DNA of 64,000 bases from assembly GCA_043228905.1 (NCBI GenBank), contig JBHGNT010000020.1, positions 9,920,001 through 9,984,000 on the forward strand, written 5' to 3'. Under the pieces are notes generated by a model that made no database searches, had not been told where the DNA came from, and worked only from the letters and a program-made list of their open reading frames with translations. How positions within the stretch are numbered: position 1 is the stretch's first letter; each line of letters begins with the position of its first letter. Position numbers and translations under genes: made by a program. The DNA comes from Azolla caroliniana (taxonomy: Eukaryota > Plantae > Polypodiophyta). Shown one piece after another: positions 37,921-49,703 of this stretch.

Positions 37921-40540
37921 ACGAAGATCCTCACACCGATCCGGCGGTCGGCCCGAGTGCCGGCATGAGTCCTACAGGAAAGGTCGGTGGCGGCAGGAGA
38001 ACGTGATCGGACAACAGGAAGCAACGAACGACAAGGAGGTATTAGGCCAGCGAGGCGGCCACGAACCAAATCGGACCTTCCGGCAAGGTCAGTGGGCATA
38101 AGGAAGTCCGGTCTTAGGGGATCCCCACACCGGTTCCGAAGACCTCGGCTGTTCGTCCAACGTGGCAACGTAAGACCGAGGGAGAAGGAAGGTGGCGGCG
38201 GGAAATGGGACCCGAGTACGCGGAAGACACGAGGAGAGTCCGGGAGTGACTCAAACAAAAGACACCCGAATTTCGGCAAGCATAGAAACGGAGTCCGGTC
38301 CTATGGGACCCTCACACCGATCCGGAGACTCCGGCAGTTCGGCCAACGTGGCAACGTGAGACCTAGGGAGAAGGACGGTGGCAGCAGGGAACAGGACCCG
38401 ACGACACGAGGTTTCGGAAGGAGCCGGTAGGGGCAAACATGGGGAGGTGTGTCAGGCCGGAAAGGCACACCTGGGACAAAACAAGAGTCTCACAAGTGGC
38501 CATCGCGGGCCGGATCAAAGCGTGACTACGGGACAGTGTTCGGCATGGGCGGTGCCAAACGAAGGAAGCGAAAGACGGCACAAAGGAGGTGCCGGGAATG
38601 AGGTGACGAGTGTCTAGCGGACTGCACAGGGTCGGAGCCAGGGGATGGCTAGAGATGCCGGAGGAGGATCCTCCACACTCGCTTCGTAGATCTCGGTAGC
38701 TCCGTCAAAGTAGCGAAAACTGACACGGCAAGCCGGGATGACAAGCTGGTGGGGGGCGAGGGGACGACGGCAAACGAAAGACTCGGGACCTGTTGTAGCA
38801 ACATGAAGACGGGAAGGGCCAAGCGGGCTACTACAGGGTGTTCCTCGGATGTGAAGGACACTAGTATGCGGGTGAGCGGCGATGCACAATCTAGCCGGGA
38901 AAGGGGCCGACAAGGCGTGCAATGAACCGGAGTACGGCACTAGCGGTGCCAAACAACGGACAAGGGCATACGACGGGAGCGGGGCGTTCATACGGCTGAA
39001 CAAGGGCCAGCGGAAGTACGCGTACTACGGAGATCGCGGGAGAGGACCCATCGACGGGTCGAACGAGCCTACGGGGAGGTAAGCGCGAAGGAAGAATCGA
39101 AGCCGACGGATCAAACCGGCAGCGAGCCGGGATGCGGATCACGGAAGACCAGTTTCTCATCGGCCGAAATCTCTCACCCTTCAACCAGACTTGGCACATA
39201 TCGGTGGATGTGCGGTTAGGTGGGGGCGGATGTCGTGAAGAATTTCGACCAGAGGCGGAAACCGGGAAACATTGGCTACATCGGCAGGGTGCATCGTGTG
39301 TACGCACCCATGTACATTTAGTGTGAATAACGAGGGCGCCTTTATGGCGCCGAAGAATAGTCAAGTCGGGACAGACAATCCCATGTAAGTCGGGATTTGT
39401 CCCACATTGTAACGCATCCCTCTCCTTGTTCTATAAAAGGAACGGAGCGCCCTTTGTGAAGGGGTTGCCCATTTTGCATTAGAGGGTATACCGTTAGGTT
39501 TAGAGTTAGTTTCTTCTTCTTCTTCTTCCCCTTCGTGTTCGCTTAGGGTTTGCTTCAGCTCATCTCCTGCGCAAGACCCCGCTCGGCGCGACGAGCCCGT
39601 GAGCTCCCCGACCGGCGGCTTGGCAGCTGACGACTACTGTAACCTACCTCGGTCCGGCTCGACGCCGGGAATGTATTCTTCTTTATATATATATATACGT
39701 TTGCGTCTGTCTGTGCATATTCACGTCTTCGTTGGTGTCGGTTGCTTACCCTTTCCTGCATTTCCTGTACTTAAGGGTGTGAGTCGGGTTGGCCTCTGTG
39801 TGTGTGTGTGTGTGTGAGTGTGTGTGCGTGAGTCGGTGTTAAGCGCTCGCTCTCTCTCTCTCTCTCTCTTCGGCTGCTTCCGGTGTGCTTCTGGGATGCC
39901 CCGGAGACGGTGAAGCACGACTTCCTACGCTTCATCACTCCCTAGTCCAAGACCCCCGTGGTCCCGCCTTTCTCCACGCACGCGCGTAACAACGCGACAA
40001 CGTAGTCAGCCGATTTGGCTACAATGAGTACATGGCATATCAGTATGCCTTTATGATGAAGATGGCGATAGTTTGAGAGTCGAAAACGTTTTCCGAAGCC
40101 GCCAAGGACCCACGATGTGTCAAAGTGATGAATGTGGAGATGCAAACGCTCTCCAAAAACAAGACCTGAGATCTCGTTCCCTCTTCACCCCACCAAAAGG
40201 CGATTGGATGCCGATGGATTTTTAAGTTGAAGCATAATGCCAACAACATCATCAATCGATACAAGGTTCAACTCATGGCAAAAGGGTATGCAGAGACACA
40301 CGGGATCAATTACGAAGAGACCTTTGCCCCAGTGGCAAAGATGACTACCATTCGCACCGTGATCGCAATTGCAACAGCAAAAGGGTGGCACCTCCACCAA
40401 ATGGATGTGAAGAATGCCTTTATACAAGGTGAATTCGACGAGGTGTACATGGTGCAACCACCTGGTTTCGAGTCGAGTACGCATCCAACTGTTGTTTGCC
40501 AACTCAAAAAGCCTCTCTACGATATCAAGCAAGCACTGAG

Positions 40541-43500
40541 TGTCATGATATGGCAAGACTTGAACCCATGTCCGTATGTTACATGGGTCAAGCTCTTGAC
40601 CATTAGACTATATGTTGTAATACAAAAAATATTCTTTTCATTTAAGTTTTACTATAGAAAATTGATGTATATTCCAGATTTCTTTGGAACATTCTAGAAC
40701 ACTATAAAAGGAGACACAAGGCATTATTTCGAACCAAATCGGTTCAACGCCAGTCTTAAGCCTCCTAACTACTATTGTATATTCTCTTAACATAATATAT
40801 ATCTTTTGTTATCATCATTCTCTCTCTCTCACTCACTCACTCTTTCCTTCTCTCAAGAGTTCTACACCTCCCTTAGTACTAATCCTCATCTTTTAGTACT
40901 AATTCCTTCTCTGTCTTAGTATTGTTCCTGATAGTACTTCTTTGTCTTAGTACTGTTCCTAATAGTTTGAACCGATTTTGTCTCCTTCCTTCTCTTCCTT
41001 TATCTTCTTACTTCTCCCCCCCTTCATACTAATCTCTTATTCATCTTTTCTCTCATACTATGGCCACTGTTAGCGCCGTCGTGCCCTTCGGCTCCGGATC
41101 GTTGCGTGAGTTGGGTGGGAACCGCCGAGGTTTTTGACTAGGAGGAAGAGGAATACAACTTAAGGCTAGTTATGAATAGTGGAAAGAGAAGTAAGATAGC
41201 AATCTCGTGAATCCCACGAGTTTAGTGTATTTAAAACAATATTTAGATTACAAGAGTAATTTAGATGGCAAAATTCGTGAATCCCACGAATATATTAGAT
41301 TGATCAATCCTTGTATATTAATCAACAACCTTATACATATTTCTCTCCTCCTTATATAAAGATGGAAGAGGCTAAGCATGGCTTCATGCTTCTTCTTTTT
41401 TACCAAAAGTGTCCATGCACACTAAATGTGCATGTGATGCTTTGTCATTTCCTAAGTATAGGGCTCATGCACGCTAGATGTGCATGAGTCACTTTCAATG
41501 TCACGTGTAAATAAAATATCCACACCCTAAAGAATACATGATTTTTACCTTTTAATAAAGGTATGTGTAAATAAAGGTCTCATACATATTAAATCTATAT
41601 ATATAATACTAAAGATAAGTTATTACAATGGTAAAGTTGGGGTTTATCTATGTGGAGGTGCAGGGTTCGAATCTTGCCTTATGCACGTGATAAACGTTTT
41701 GATATATTATGTATTTATTTATATGTATCTAAAATTGGATATATTATTTTATGGTTTTCACGTAGTGTGTGGAATACACTACGACACCGCTCAAGAATAT
41801 CTTGATCCGTTTTTTCGAAGTTTCTCGCATTGGAACAAGAAAATCAACGACTATTGGGGGAGTTTCAACAAATCTCCTTAGAGAAGCAGCAGACGCAACA
41901 ACAACATGGGGAACTAGCGTTACGCATGCAATAGCTCGAAGCAACCATAGTAGTGATGCAACAACAAGGACCCAGTATGCAAGGGATTCATAAAGAACCC
42001 AAGATCGGCCTTCCCATGAAATTCGATGGAATGTGATCGCAGTTTAGAGGATTCCTTAATCAGGTACGATTAGTCATTCAAATGCATCCTTCCCGATATC
42101 CCACCGATGCATCACGCGTGGGTTTAGTAGGCACGTTGTTAAGTGGCTCAACTTTGGCATGGTTCGCTCCATTGTTAGAAAATGAATCTCCTTTACTAAA
42201 CAAATTTGAAGAGTTTTTAAGTGAGTTTAAAGCCTGTTTTGGAGATACTGATAGCATAAGGAAAGCAATCAACGAAATCTGACGATTACATCAAGGTGAT
42301 CATCCAACCTCTGCATACACTACAAATTTCTGCCTACTCGCCTCCGATATCCCCTGGGATGACCAAGCACTAATGGAGCAATTTCGTTATGGTCTACGTA
42401 ACGATGTCAAGGATTTACTCTTGACCTTCCCCGAAGAACCAAAGTCATTGACAGAAGCAATCAGTCACGCGGTGAGATGCGACAACTGTCTTTTCGAACG
42501 ACGTTCCGAACGTTAGTTCCAGATTCCAAGGGCAAGATTAGAGCCCACCTACACCTTAGTGGTAGCAAAATCTTTTTCAAGGGAGTCATATAATGTGTCT
42601 CTAGTGAATACTCCAACTCTGATGGAAATTGACACTACACGTCGTCGCGGACCATTACCAGAAGAAGAAAAGCAACGACGCCGAGCAAATCGACTATGTC
42701 TTTATTGCGATGGACCAGGGCATATTGCAGTGAATTCTTCCCATAGGCCAAGAAGACAAGTAAACCAAATAGTTGTTAGTTCTAATTGTACTAAACCTGA
42801 GTCTATTTCAGTAGGAATATCTTATAGTCCTAATAGTACTAATAGCCCAAATCTATCGAACAAATTTGATGTCCTTAGTCAGTTAGAAGAAGAGTTAAAC
42901 GACTAAGTCCAGCCAAAATAGGAGTCGTTTGGTTGGACAACCCTAGATCTGTGCAGCCTATTAGTGGTTCCATTCCCTCTAAGCAAAGTTAGCAATGTGT
43001 TCTTAGCCCAAGTAATAATTAGTACTAAAAGTACCTCTCTAGTACATGTCTCAGCACTCCTAGATTCCGGAGCTAATTCTTACTTCATGGATAGAAATTT
43101 TGCCCAAACTCATCAGATATCCCTAAGAAAACTCCCGTGTCCAGTTGTTGTAGTAGTCATTGATGGTCGTCCTATTGCTTCCGGAAATATCATAGAAGAG
43201 TTAGAGCTTGTTAATATTATCCAAGATAATTTAGCGTGTGTAGTATCCTTTAATATAATTAGCATCCCATAACAATCCCATTTTTTGGGGATTACCATGG
43301 TTCGAATTACATAACCCAGACATAGATTGGAGAACAAGAGAAATCTGGTATCGACAAACCCGAGGATCTACTCATAAGATTGCAACCATTTCGCTACATC
43401 AGTTGCGTGAGGAAGGATGCAAGGAAGAAATGTTTCTCTTCGCAGTATCAATAAAACCCTCCAACACCACTAAAGAGGAGTCCACCGTTCAACTTCCAGA

Positions 43501-44250
43501 GAAGTATCGTCATTATGCCGATGTGTTCGATAAAGTACAAGCCAATACGCTTCCTCACCATCAACCGTATGATTGCTTCATCGATTTACAACCGGGAAAA
43601 GAGCCACCATGGGGACCGATCTACAATTTGTCACCAACTAGGCTAGAAGTCCTTCGATCCTATATAGAGGAGAATTTGGCAAATGGTTTCATTCGACATT
43701 CGAAATCTCCAACCGGCACACCCATTTTCTTCGTCAAGAAAAAGGATGGATCGCTTCGTCTCGTCGTAGAATACTGTGGCTTGAATAAGGTCACCACGAG
43801 GAATTGGTATGCACTTCCCCTTATCTCAAGTCTTTTAGAACGGATTAATGGTACTTGGGAACCAATAGAGAATGTGACCAATGCTCGTGCTCTTCTTGAA
43901 GACTTCCATCATCAATATCAAGATAAACCGGGTCCTCAATCCAAAACGACTCATGACACTCGTCGTTTTAAAGGGGGGATAGAGTCATGATATGGCAAGA
44001 CTCGAACCCATGACCATTAGACTATATGTTGTAATACGAAAAATATTATTTTCATTTAAGTTTTACTATAGAAAAATGATGTATATTCCAGATTTCTCTG
44101 GAACATTCTAGAAACTTCAGGAGTACTCCTGAGAACACAATAAAAGGAGACACAAGCCATTATTTCGAACCAAATCGGTTCAACGCCAGTCTTAAGCCTC
44201 CTAGCTACTATTGTATATTCTCTTAACATAATATATATCTTTTGTTATCA

Positions 44251-44332
<82 letters not shown>

Positions 44333-44448
44333 TCTCTTGAGAGTTCTACACCTCCCTTAGTACTAATCCTCATATTTAAGTACTAATTCCTTCTCTGTCT
44401 TAGTATTGTTCCTAACAGTACTTCTCTGTCTTAGTACTGTTTCTGACA
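40541..44448 (+). mobile_element. Nested Tcn1-like chromovirus deletion derivative; LTRs 40541-40964 and 43983-44448; TSD CTGAG/CCGAG
   Basis: Same family as 4037-9446 (LTR, gag, LLDSGA). The RT start is fused to the chromodomain tail (ERING/TWEPIENV). Removing it restores the host copia KQAPRAW motif. Confidence 0.92.
41077..41786. mobile_element. Probable solo LTR inserted just after the gag start codon of the chromovirus
   Basis: Termini (T>C)GTCGTG...TACGACA; flanks GCGC/CCGC. Removal rejoins ATGGCCACTGTTAGCGC with TCAAGAATAT, matching the paralog at 4532. Confidence 0.72.
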
Positions 44449-46480
44449 CCGAGAGCATGGCACTTGAAGATAACCCAATATCTTCACCAAATTGGCTTTA
44501 AAATGACCACATTCACTAGTTCTCTGTTTGTCTGAAACGATTCCAAAGGACACCTGATCATTATAATTTATGTAGACAGCTTGGTCATTGGAGGAGAGCA
44601 CATCGAGGGCATTGAACATACCAAATGACTACTGTCCGGCCGATTTGAAATGACCGATATGAAGGAGCTCCATTACATTCGGACCCCTTTCCGCATCCTT
44701 ATCTCCCAAAGACATTACATCCTCAATCTCCTATTCAAATTTGGGATGACAGAGTGTAAGCCCATGGCTATCCCTCGCAATCGTAATTAGAAGCTCGATG
44801 CCAACTCTAGAACTTCCGAATGCGAGCCAACCAAGTACTGTCAACTGGTCAACATTTTAATTTACCTCACCATTACTCGGCCCGATCTCAGTTACCCGGT
44901 CGACCTCCTTAGCCAATTTATACAGACACCTCGAAACATTCATATGGATTGTGCTAAGCAAGTGTTATGCTATGTGAGTGGAACGATGGATTTTAGCATC
45001 CTATACAGGCCAGCCACACCAATTATACTCGAAGGGTACACCGATGCCGATTGGGCATGCTATAAAGTCGATAGAGGATCGACATCCAAATTCATCTTCT
45101 CTCTCGACAGCGACATCATATCATGGAGCAGCAAAAAGTATCCGATAGATGATCAACATTCGGATTCGTCTTCTCTCTCAACAACAACGCCATATCATGG
45201 AGCAACAAAAAGTAGCCAACAGTCACACTGTAGAGAACCGAAGCTAAATATAGGGGTGCGGCCATCGCCACATGTGAAGTCGTTTGGCTCAAGAGGCTAT
45301 TGAAGGATATGGGCGTTCCCATCAAGGATTTGATTCTCATTTATTGTGACAAACTGGCCTGCAACCCATTCTTCCACTCTCGGACTAAGCACATTGAGAT
45401 GCACTACCATTTCATCCGAGACCGTCTAGCCGAGATATCGACTTGCAACACATAAGCATGACCCTACAAACAGCCAACATCTTCACAAAGGCACTCGAAG
45501 TCGACAAGCTACGGTTGTTCGCAACGAACCTCGGTCTCTCGATCACCGACCAGCCAAGTTTGAGGGGGAGTACGACAAAGTAGAACAATCATGATTAATC
45601 GGTCGGCCAACCGAAGCCAATTCAGCCGAGCCGAAACAATCGGGAAAAAAAAGAAGCCGAAGTCGACTCGAAACACCGGGTCATTTAGAAAAGGTAATAT
45701 GTCGCATTCCTTTATTGAAAAATACATGAGATGTCAAGAATTACAATTTTTTAACAAACTTTCAAGAATGTATCACGCATGCGCACATGACTTTTAAAAA
45801 CATCAATAAAAACACAAGTAATATTATTAAGATTTCAAAGTTAACCTATATTATCTAAATTCATACACATATTTATCCATACATTCACTTTGATTACGAG
45901 AATGCTTTCAACTATCATTAAAATATGCTTCCCTTTACATAATGTCAAATTTGAATCCAATTCAACAATTTTAGAAACACAATTTTACTATAACTCCTAT
46001 AAAGTTTTTTATGATAAATGAGCAAATTGCATTTTTTGGTATAATTAGAAACATATGCACGCGTGAATATCACATTATATACCTCTCATGCTCAAAAACT
46101 TCTACAAACATTATATCTCACTATGATATGAACAACCTACATGTAAGATTAAGCGAGCAACAATGTTGAGTTAATATTTCTCTATACAGTCGAATCTAAA
46201 TAACCTAGAATAAAGCTAAATTCAATTATATTAATAAAGAAACAATTATAACAAACATTTGTCATACTATCGATAAGTTCACCATCATCTATTCAACAAA
46301 CATTATACTTAACAACCACATACTTTGCGAGTACACCAATACAAATGTATGATAGACACTCAAAATTTGCAAACCAATGAGATAGTGCAAAGAAATGGTA
46401 CACAAACAAAATAATCTTATATTCCAAAAAAAGTCTAGTGTTACAATTTTATATAGTCAAAAATACAAACTAATATACAA

Positions 46481-49076
46481 TCACTCCATTAGGAGGTCCA
46501 GAACAGGTTGCTCTCCAAGATTAGCTGAGAGTGGTGCTACATCAACATGTTCTATATCCTCAGTTGAATCTTGTATGTGTTCGGAACTCGGTGCATCTTC
46601 AAGGTCAACCAGGTCGCCTCCTTCCTCATCGATAGGTTCCATCGGCTCTTTGGAGGCCATTTGAAACATCTCTATTTCGTTGATGTGGTTTGCCCCAACC
46701 TCTTGGTCCTGGTCGGGACAATCCCAGATGCCTTGAATCCTCATCTTAATAAAGTCGACTTGGTTGGGATCGTTCTCTAATGCGATGCAATTCCTAAACA
46801 ATTTGAGAGCACATGTAGTCGTCGTTCCTAAACAAACAATCACACATGCAAAAGTACGAAAAAAAGACAAGAAATGGTATTTCATTTTTAAAAAACTAGA
46901 TGAAATTGTTGTGATTACCTATTCCACAAAACAAGTCGAGAACCCAATCATCAGGGTTCGAGAACAACTCAACCAATCGATTTATTAATCGCTATGTCTT
47001 TTGATAAGGGTTTACTAAACTCTTATTGCCAGACACATGTAGCAATTTCTTTGTTAGAGCTGCGCACATGATATAATTGACAATGTTGCGTTCATTAACA
47101 TGTGCCCGAGCCTTCTTCTTAGAAATTGCGTCATAGTAGCCCACACACATGTGCTCCATAGCGCTCACCATTCGATCACCTGGGGTCCGAGTTATGTTCG
47201 TTTTAACCCTATTTCACAATTGTTTCAAAACAAGTTAATAAATATGTCGTAAGCAACATAGATTCCACAGATTAAATATATAGTAACAGAATGTTTACCA
47301 ATGCATATGTTCGGTGGCATGGCATCTCGACTTCAATGCAGTCGTGAACGATAACGCCTGACCCATACTGTGAAATATAACAATACGCCATAATGGTGCT
47401 AGGGTCAGCTCCACGAAGTCCTTAACCATCTTCTCTATTTGCGGATATTTGTATGGCACATCGTCGTATGTCGAGCCTGATATTCTAAAACCATACGGTA
47501 TATCCGTGACGAATGTCTCTTGGGTAATATGTCAAGCATATTACCCACATCACCATTATATATACTATAATACAATTGTCAGAAAGGATCACTCTTGTGC
47601 AAAAAGCTTTTGTCGGTATCTGAGTCCTCAGGCACCTCGAGCTCCTTTCCTTTTGTCATACATTTCTCATATTTAGCTCGTTCCAAATGCATTGGGTGAT
47701 GAAGGCACTAGGTATGCCTTCATTGTTGTCACTATTCTTCTTTGAACGAGGTGGTTTCTGTAATTATAAATTTTGTAAGAAGAAACCCATTATCCAAAAA
47801 TCAATTAATATTTGCAGAACATACATACTCATTCTCTAAACACGATAAAGAATTCTTCAAGAGCCTTATAAGATGATGTTTTTGGGAAAAATTGCTCCAC
47901 TTCTTCCCACGTAGGCAAGGACAATTTTTTCATCATCAACTCTTGAATCTTCATATACACCTTATGGCTAAAAAACAAATAAAACTAAAATTAGAAAAAA
48001 GGACAAATCAACAAAGCAATCAAATCAAAATGATACATGGACATAGATGACTCACTTTTGTAACTCTACGACCATTTTGTCAAGGCTAAACTCCTTGGCG
48101 GCCACTCTTGATAATACAGATATCAATAATTTGTCATCCTTAATTCCTTGCAGTGACCGCCAAGGAAGTAGCTTCATATCTTTGGCTAACTATTCAATTG
48201 CTAAGTCACTTTTATGTGACTTAGATTTCATCTCCACCTGTGGGTCGAGCTTAGCCTTCTTTGATTTTTGACCCTTTATTTCTTTACACTCCCACATACT
48301 AAAAATGCAATCTTGGAGTTCTAAAGGCAAGTTGAAACCATGAGTCATATTTCCTCAGGCCTTCAGACTTGGTGATTTCGTCAACTGCTATCCCCACTTC
48401 AAGCAGACATTGTTGTCGCAATCCAAGATGCAGCCGAGGACCAAATTTTTGTAGTGCATCAAGGTACTTGTGATGGAAGAACCTAATGCACTCGATACAT
48501 GACATCTTTTGTCTATAGTGATTATCATTGTTATGATCCCAAGCTAACAACTTGGCTTCTTCATGTGTAAGGCTTGCATACACTTTACATTCTACATACT
48601 TGAAGAAAGGGGTAAGATAACCAGTTGACATTGGGCTTCAGCAGAGTGGGATCCTCCAATCACATAGTATGTATAGTCATCTGTCGAACTATACTTGAAG
48701 TCAGCAACAGTAGGGCATTGATTTGGGTCGACCATTACTAAGAATGGCACTATTGTTGCATGTGGATTAATCTTCATTTTTCTTTTTATGTTATGCACAT
48801 GCACTGAATGTGGCTCTCTAATTTCTAGAGCTCGTCTTCTTGTCTCCGGATCGATGGGTGGCTGTTGAATAGAGCAGATTGGTAAGTGAAATAATTGTTC
48901 TTTGCGAACAAGCTTCGTCTTCACAATATTTTCTCTGATCCGGTTCTGCTTTGAGGTGAGTATCCTCGATGAAATGTGGCCCCCTGGAGGAAAAACTTCG
49001 AGCTTGACTTCTTTCTCTTTTGGTTGCTACCTTTTCTTGTACTTCTTATGTTCCGGTTTGGACTTCTTGCCAAGAA
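46481..49076 (-). pseudogene. ParB-like + beta-class DNA amino-methyltransferase gene of the outer transposon, degenerate; 5' part at 58786-58950
   Basis: KMKINPHATIVPFLVMVDP, YYVIGGSHSAEA and LLAWDHNNDN match the inner copy. TDIPYGFR lies near 47493-47504, followed by DWVLDLFCGIG/TTTCALKLFRNCIALEND. The last intron is at the same position as in the inner copy. Several frameshifts. Confidence 0.85.
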
Positions 49077-49510
49077 GTTCGCGTTCACAAGTGGAAGGAT
49101 CGCGCATAAATGGAAGGATAAGGGAAATTTTAGGGGTTTTTCAATGATTTTACAAAACACATTGATACCAGTATCATACATGTTCAAACATACTATGAAA
49201 AAGGTTAAAAATCCACTATTTTCGTGATTTAGAAGTAACTAAAAAAAGACGAATTTCAAAAAGATACATTCTCAATTTATATCACAAACTTTACAACCAA
49301 TGTTATTTTATAAGAAACGATTTTTTAGAAATCATAAGAATTCAAAACACACGATTTTATATTACTCGATTTGTTACAAGCGGAATGTAGTTACACTTAA
49401 TAGCCAAATATACATTCCGCTTGCCGGGGATCAATGTGTAGCACATTCCTACCTACCTTGGCAGCTCACATGCCATGAGTTTTGTGGTTGTTTGGATGCT
49501 TCAAGCATTG

Positions 49511-49579
49511 CAAGTTAAGCGTGCTTGAGCCAGAACAGTACTGGGATGGGTGACCTCCCGGGAAGTCCTGGTTACATCT
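49511..49579 (+). ncRNA. 5S rRNA-derived fragment (3' half including the Pol III internal control region); not a complete 5S gene
   Basis: AGTTAAGCGTGCTTGAGCCAGAACAGTACTGGGATGGGTGACCTCCCGGGAAGTCCT closely matches plant 5S rRNA from about nt 50 onward. The 5' half is absent. Confidence 0.85.
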
Positions 49580-49703
49580 ACGATAGTAATGGGTTCGGGG
49601 GGGCCTATCGCTATCAAGAGTGGACATGCTCCGTATTCGAGCGGTATATCGACCCGCACTCCTTGCAAAGCCGTAAGGCAAACCCTAATTTGTGATCACT
49701 CCT

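Larger units (their letters stand above)
34955..39999 (+). mobile_element. Nested non-autonomous gypsy-type element (gag-like ORF only, GC-rich internal region); 5' LTR 34955-35564 truncated, 3' LTR 39231-39999; 4-bp TSD ACGT
   Basis: Near-identical LTR copies; tRNA-Trp PBS remnant GGTGAACCCGACGTGAA at 35561; PPT-like GGTGGGGGCGGA. ACGT at 34951-34954 and 40000-40003 restores the host frame (REKNVVSRFGYNEY). Confidence 0.92.

Noticed and set aside
45077-45215. Small tandem duplications in decayed TE coding regions (also 25677-25760)
   Set aside because: Ordinary slippage products in dead elements with no sign of function.
49494-49579. Functional 5S rRNA gene
   Set aside because: Roughly the first 50 nt are missing, it is a single copy and there is no downstream oligo-T terminator.
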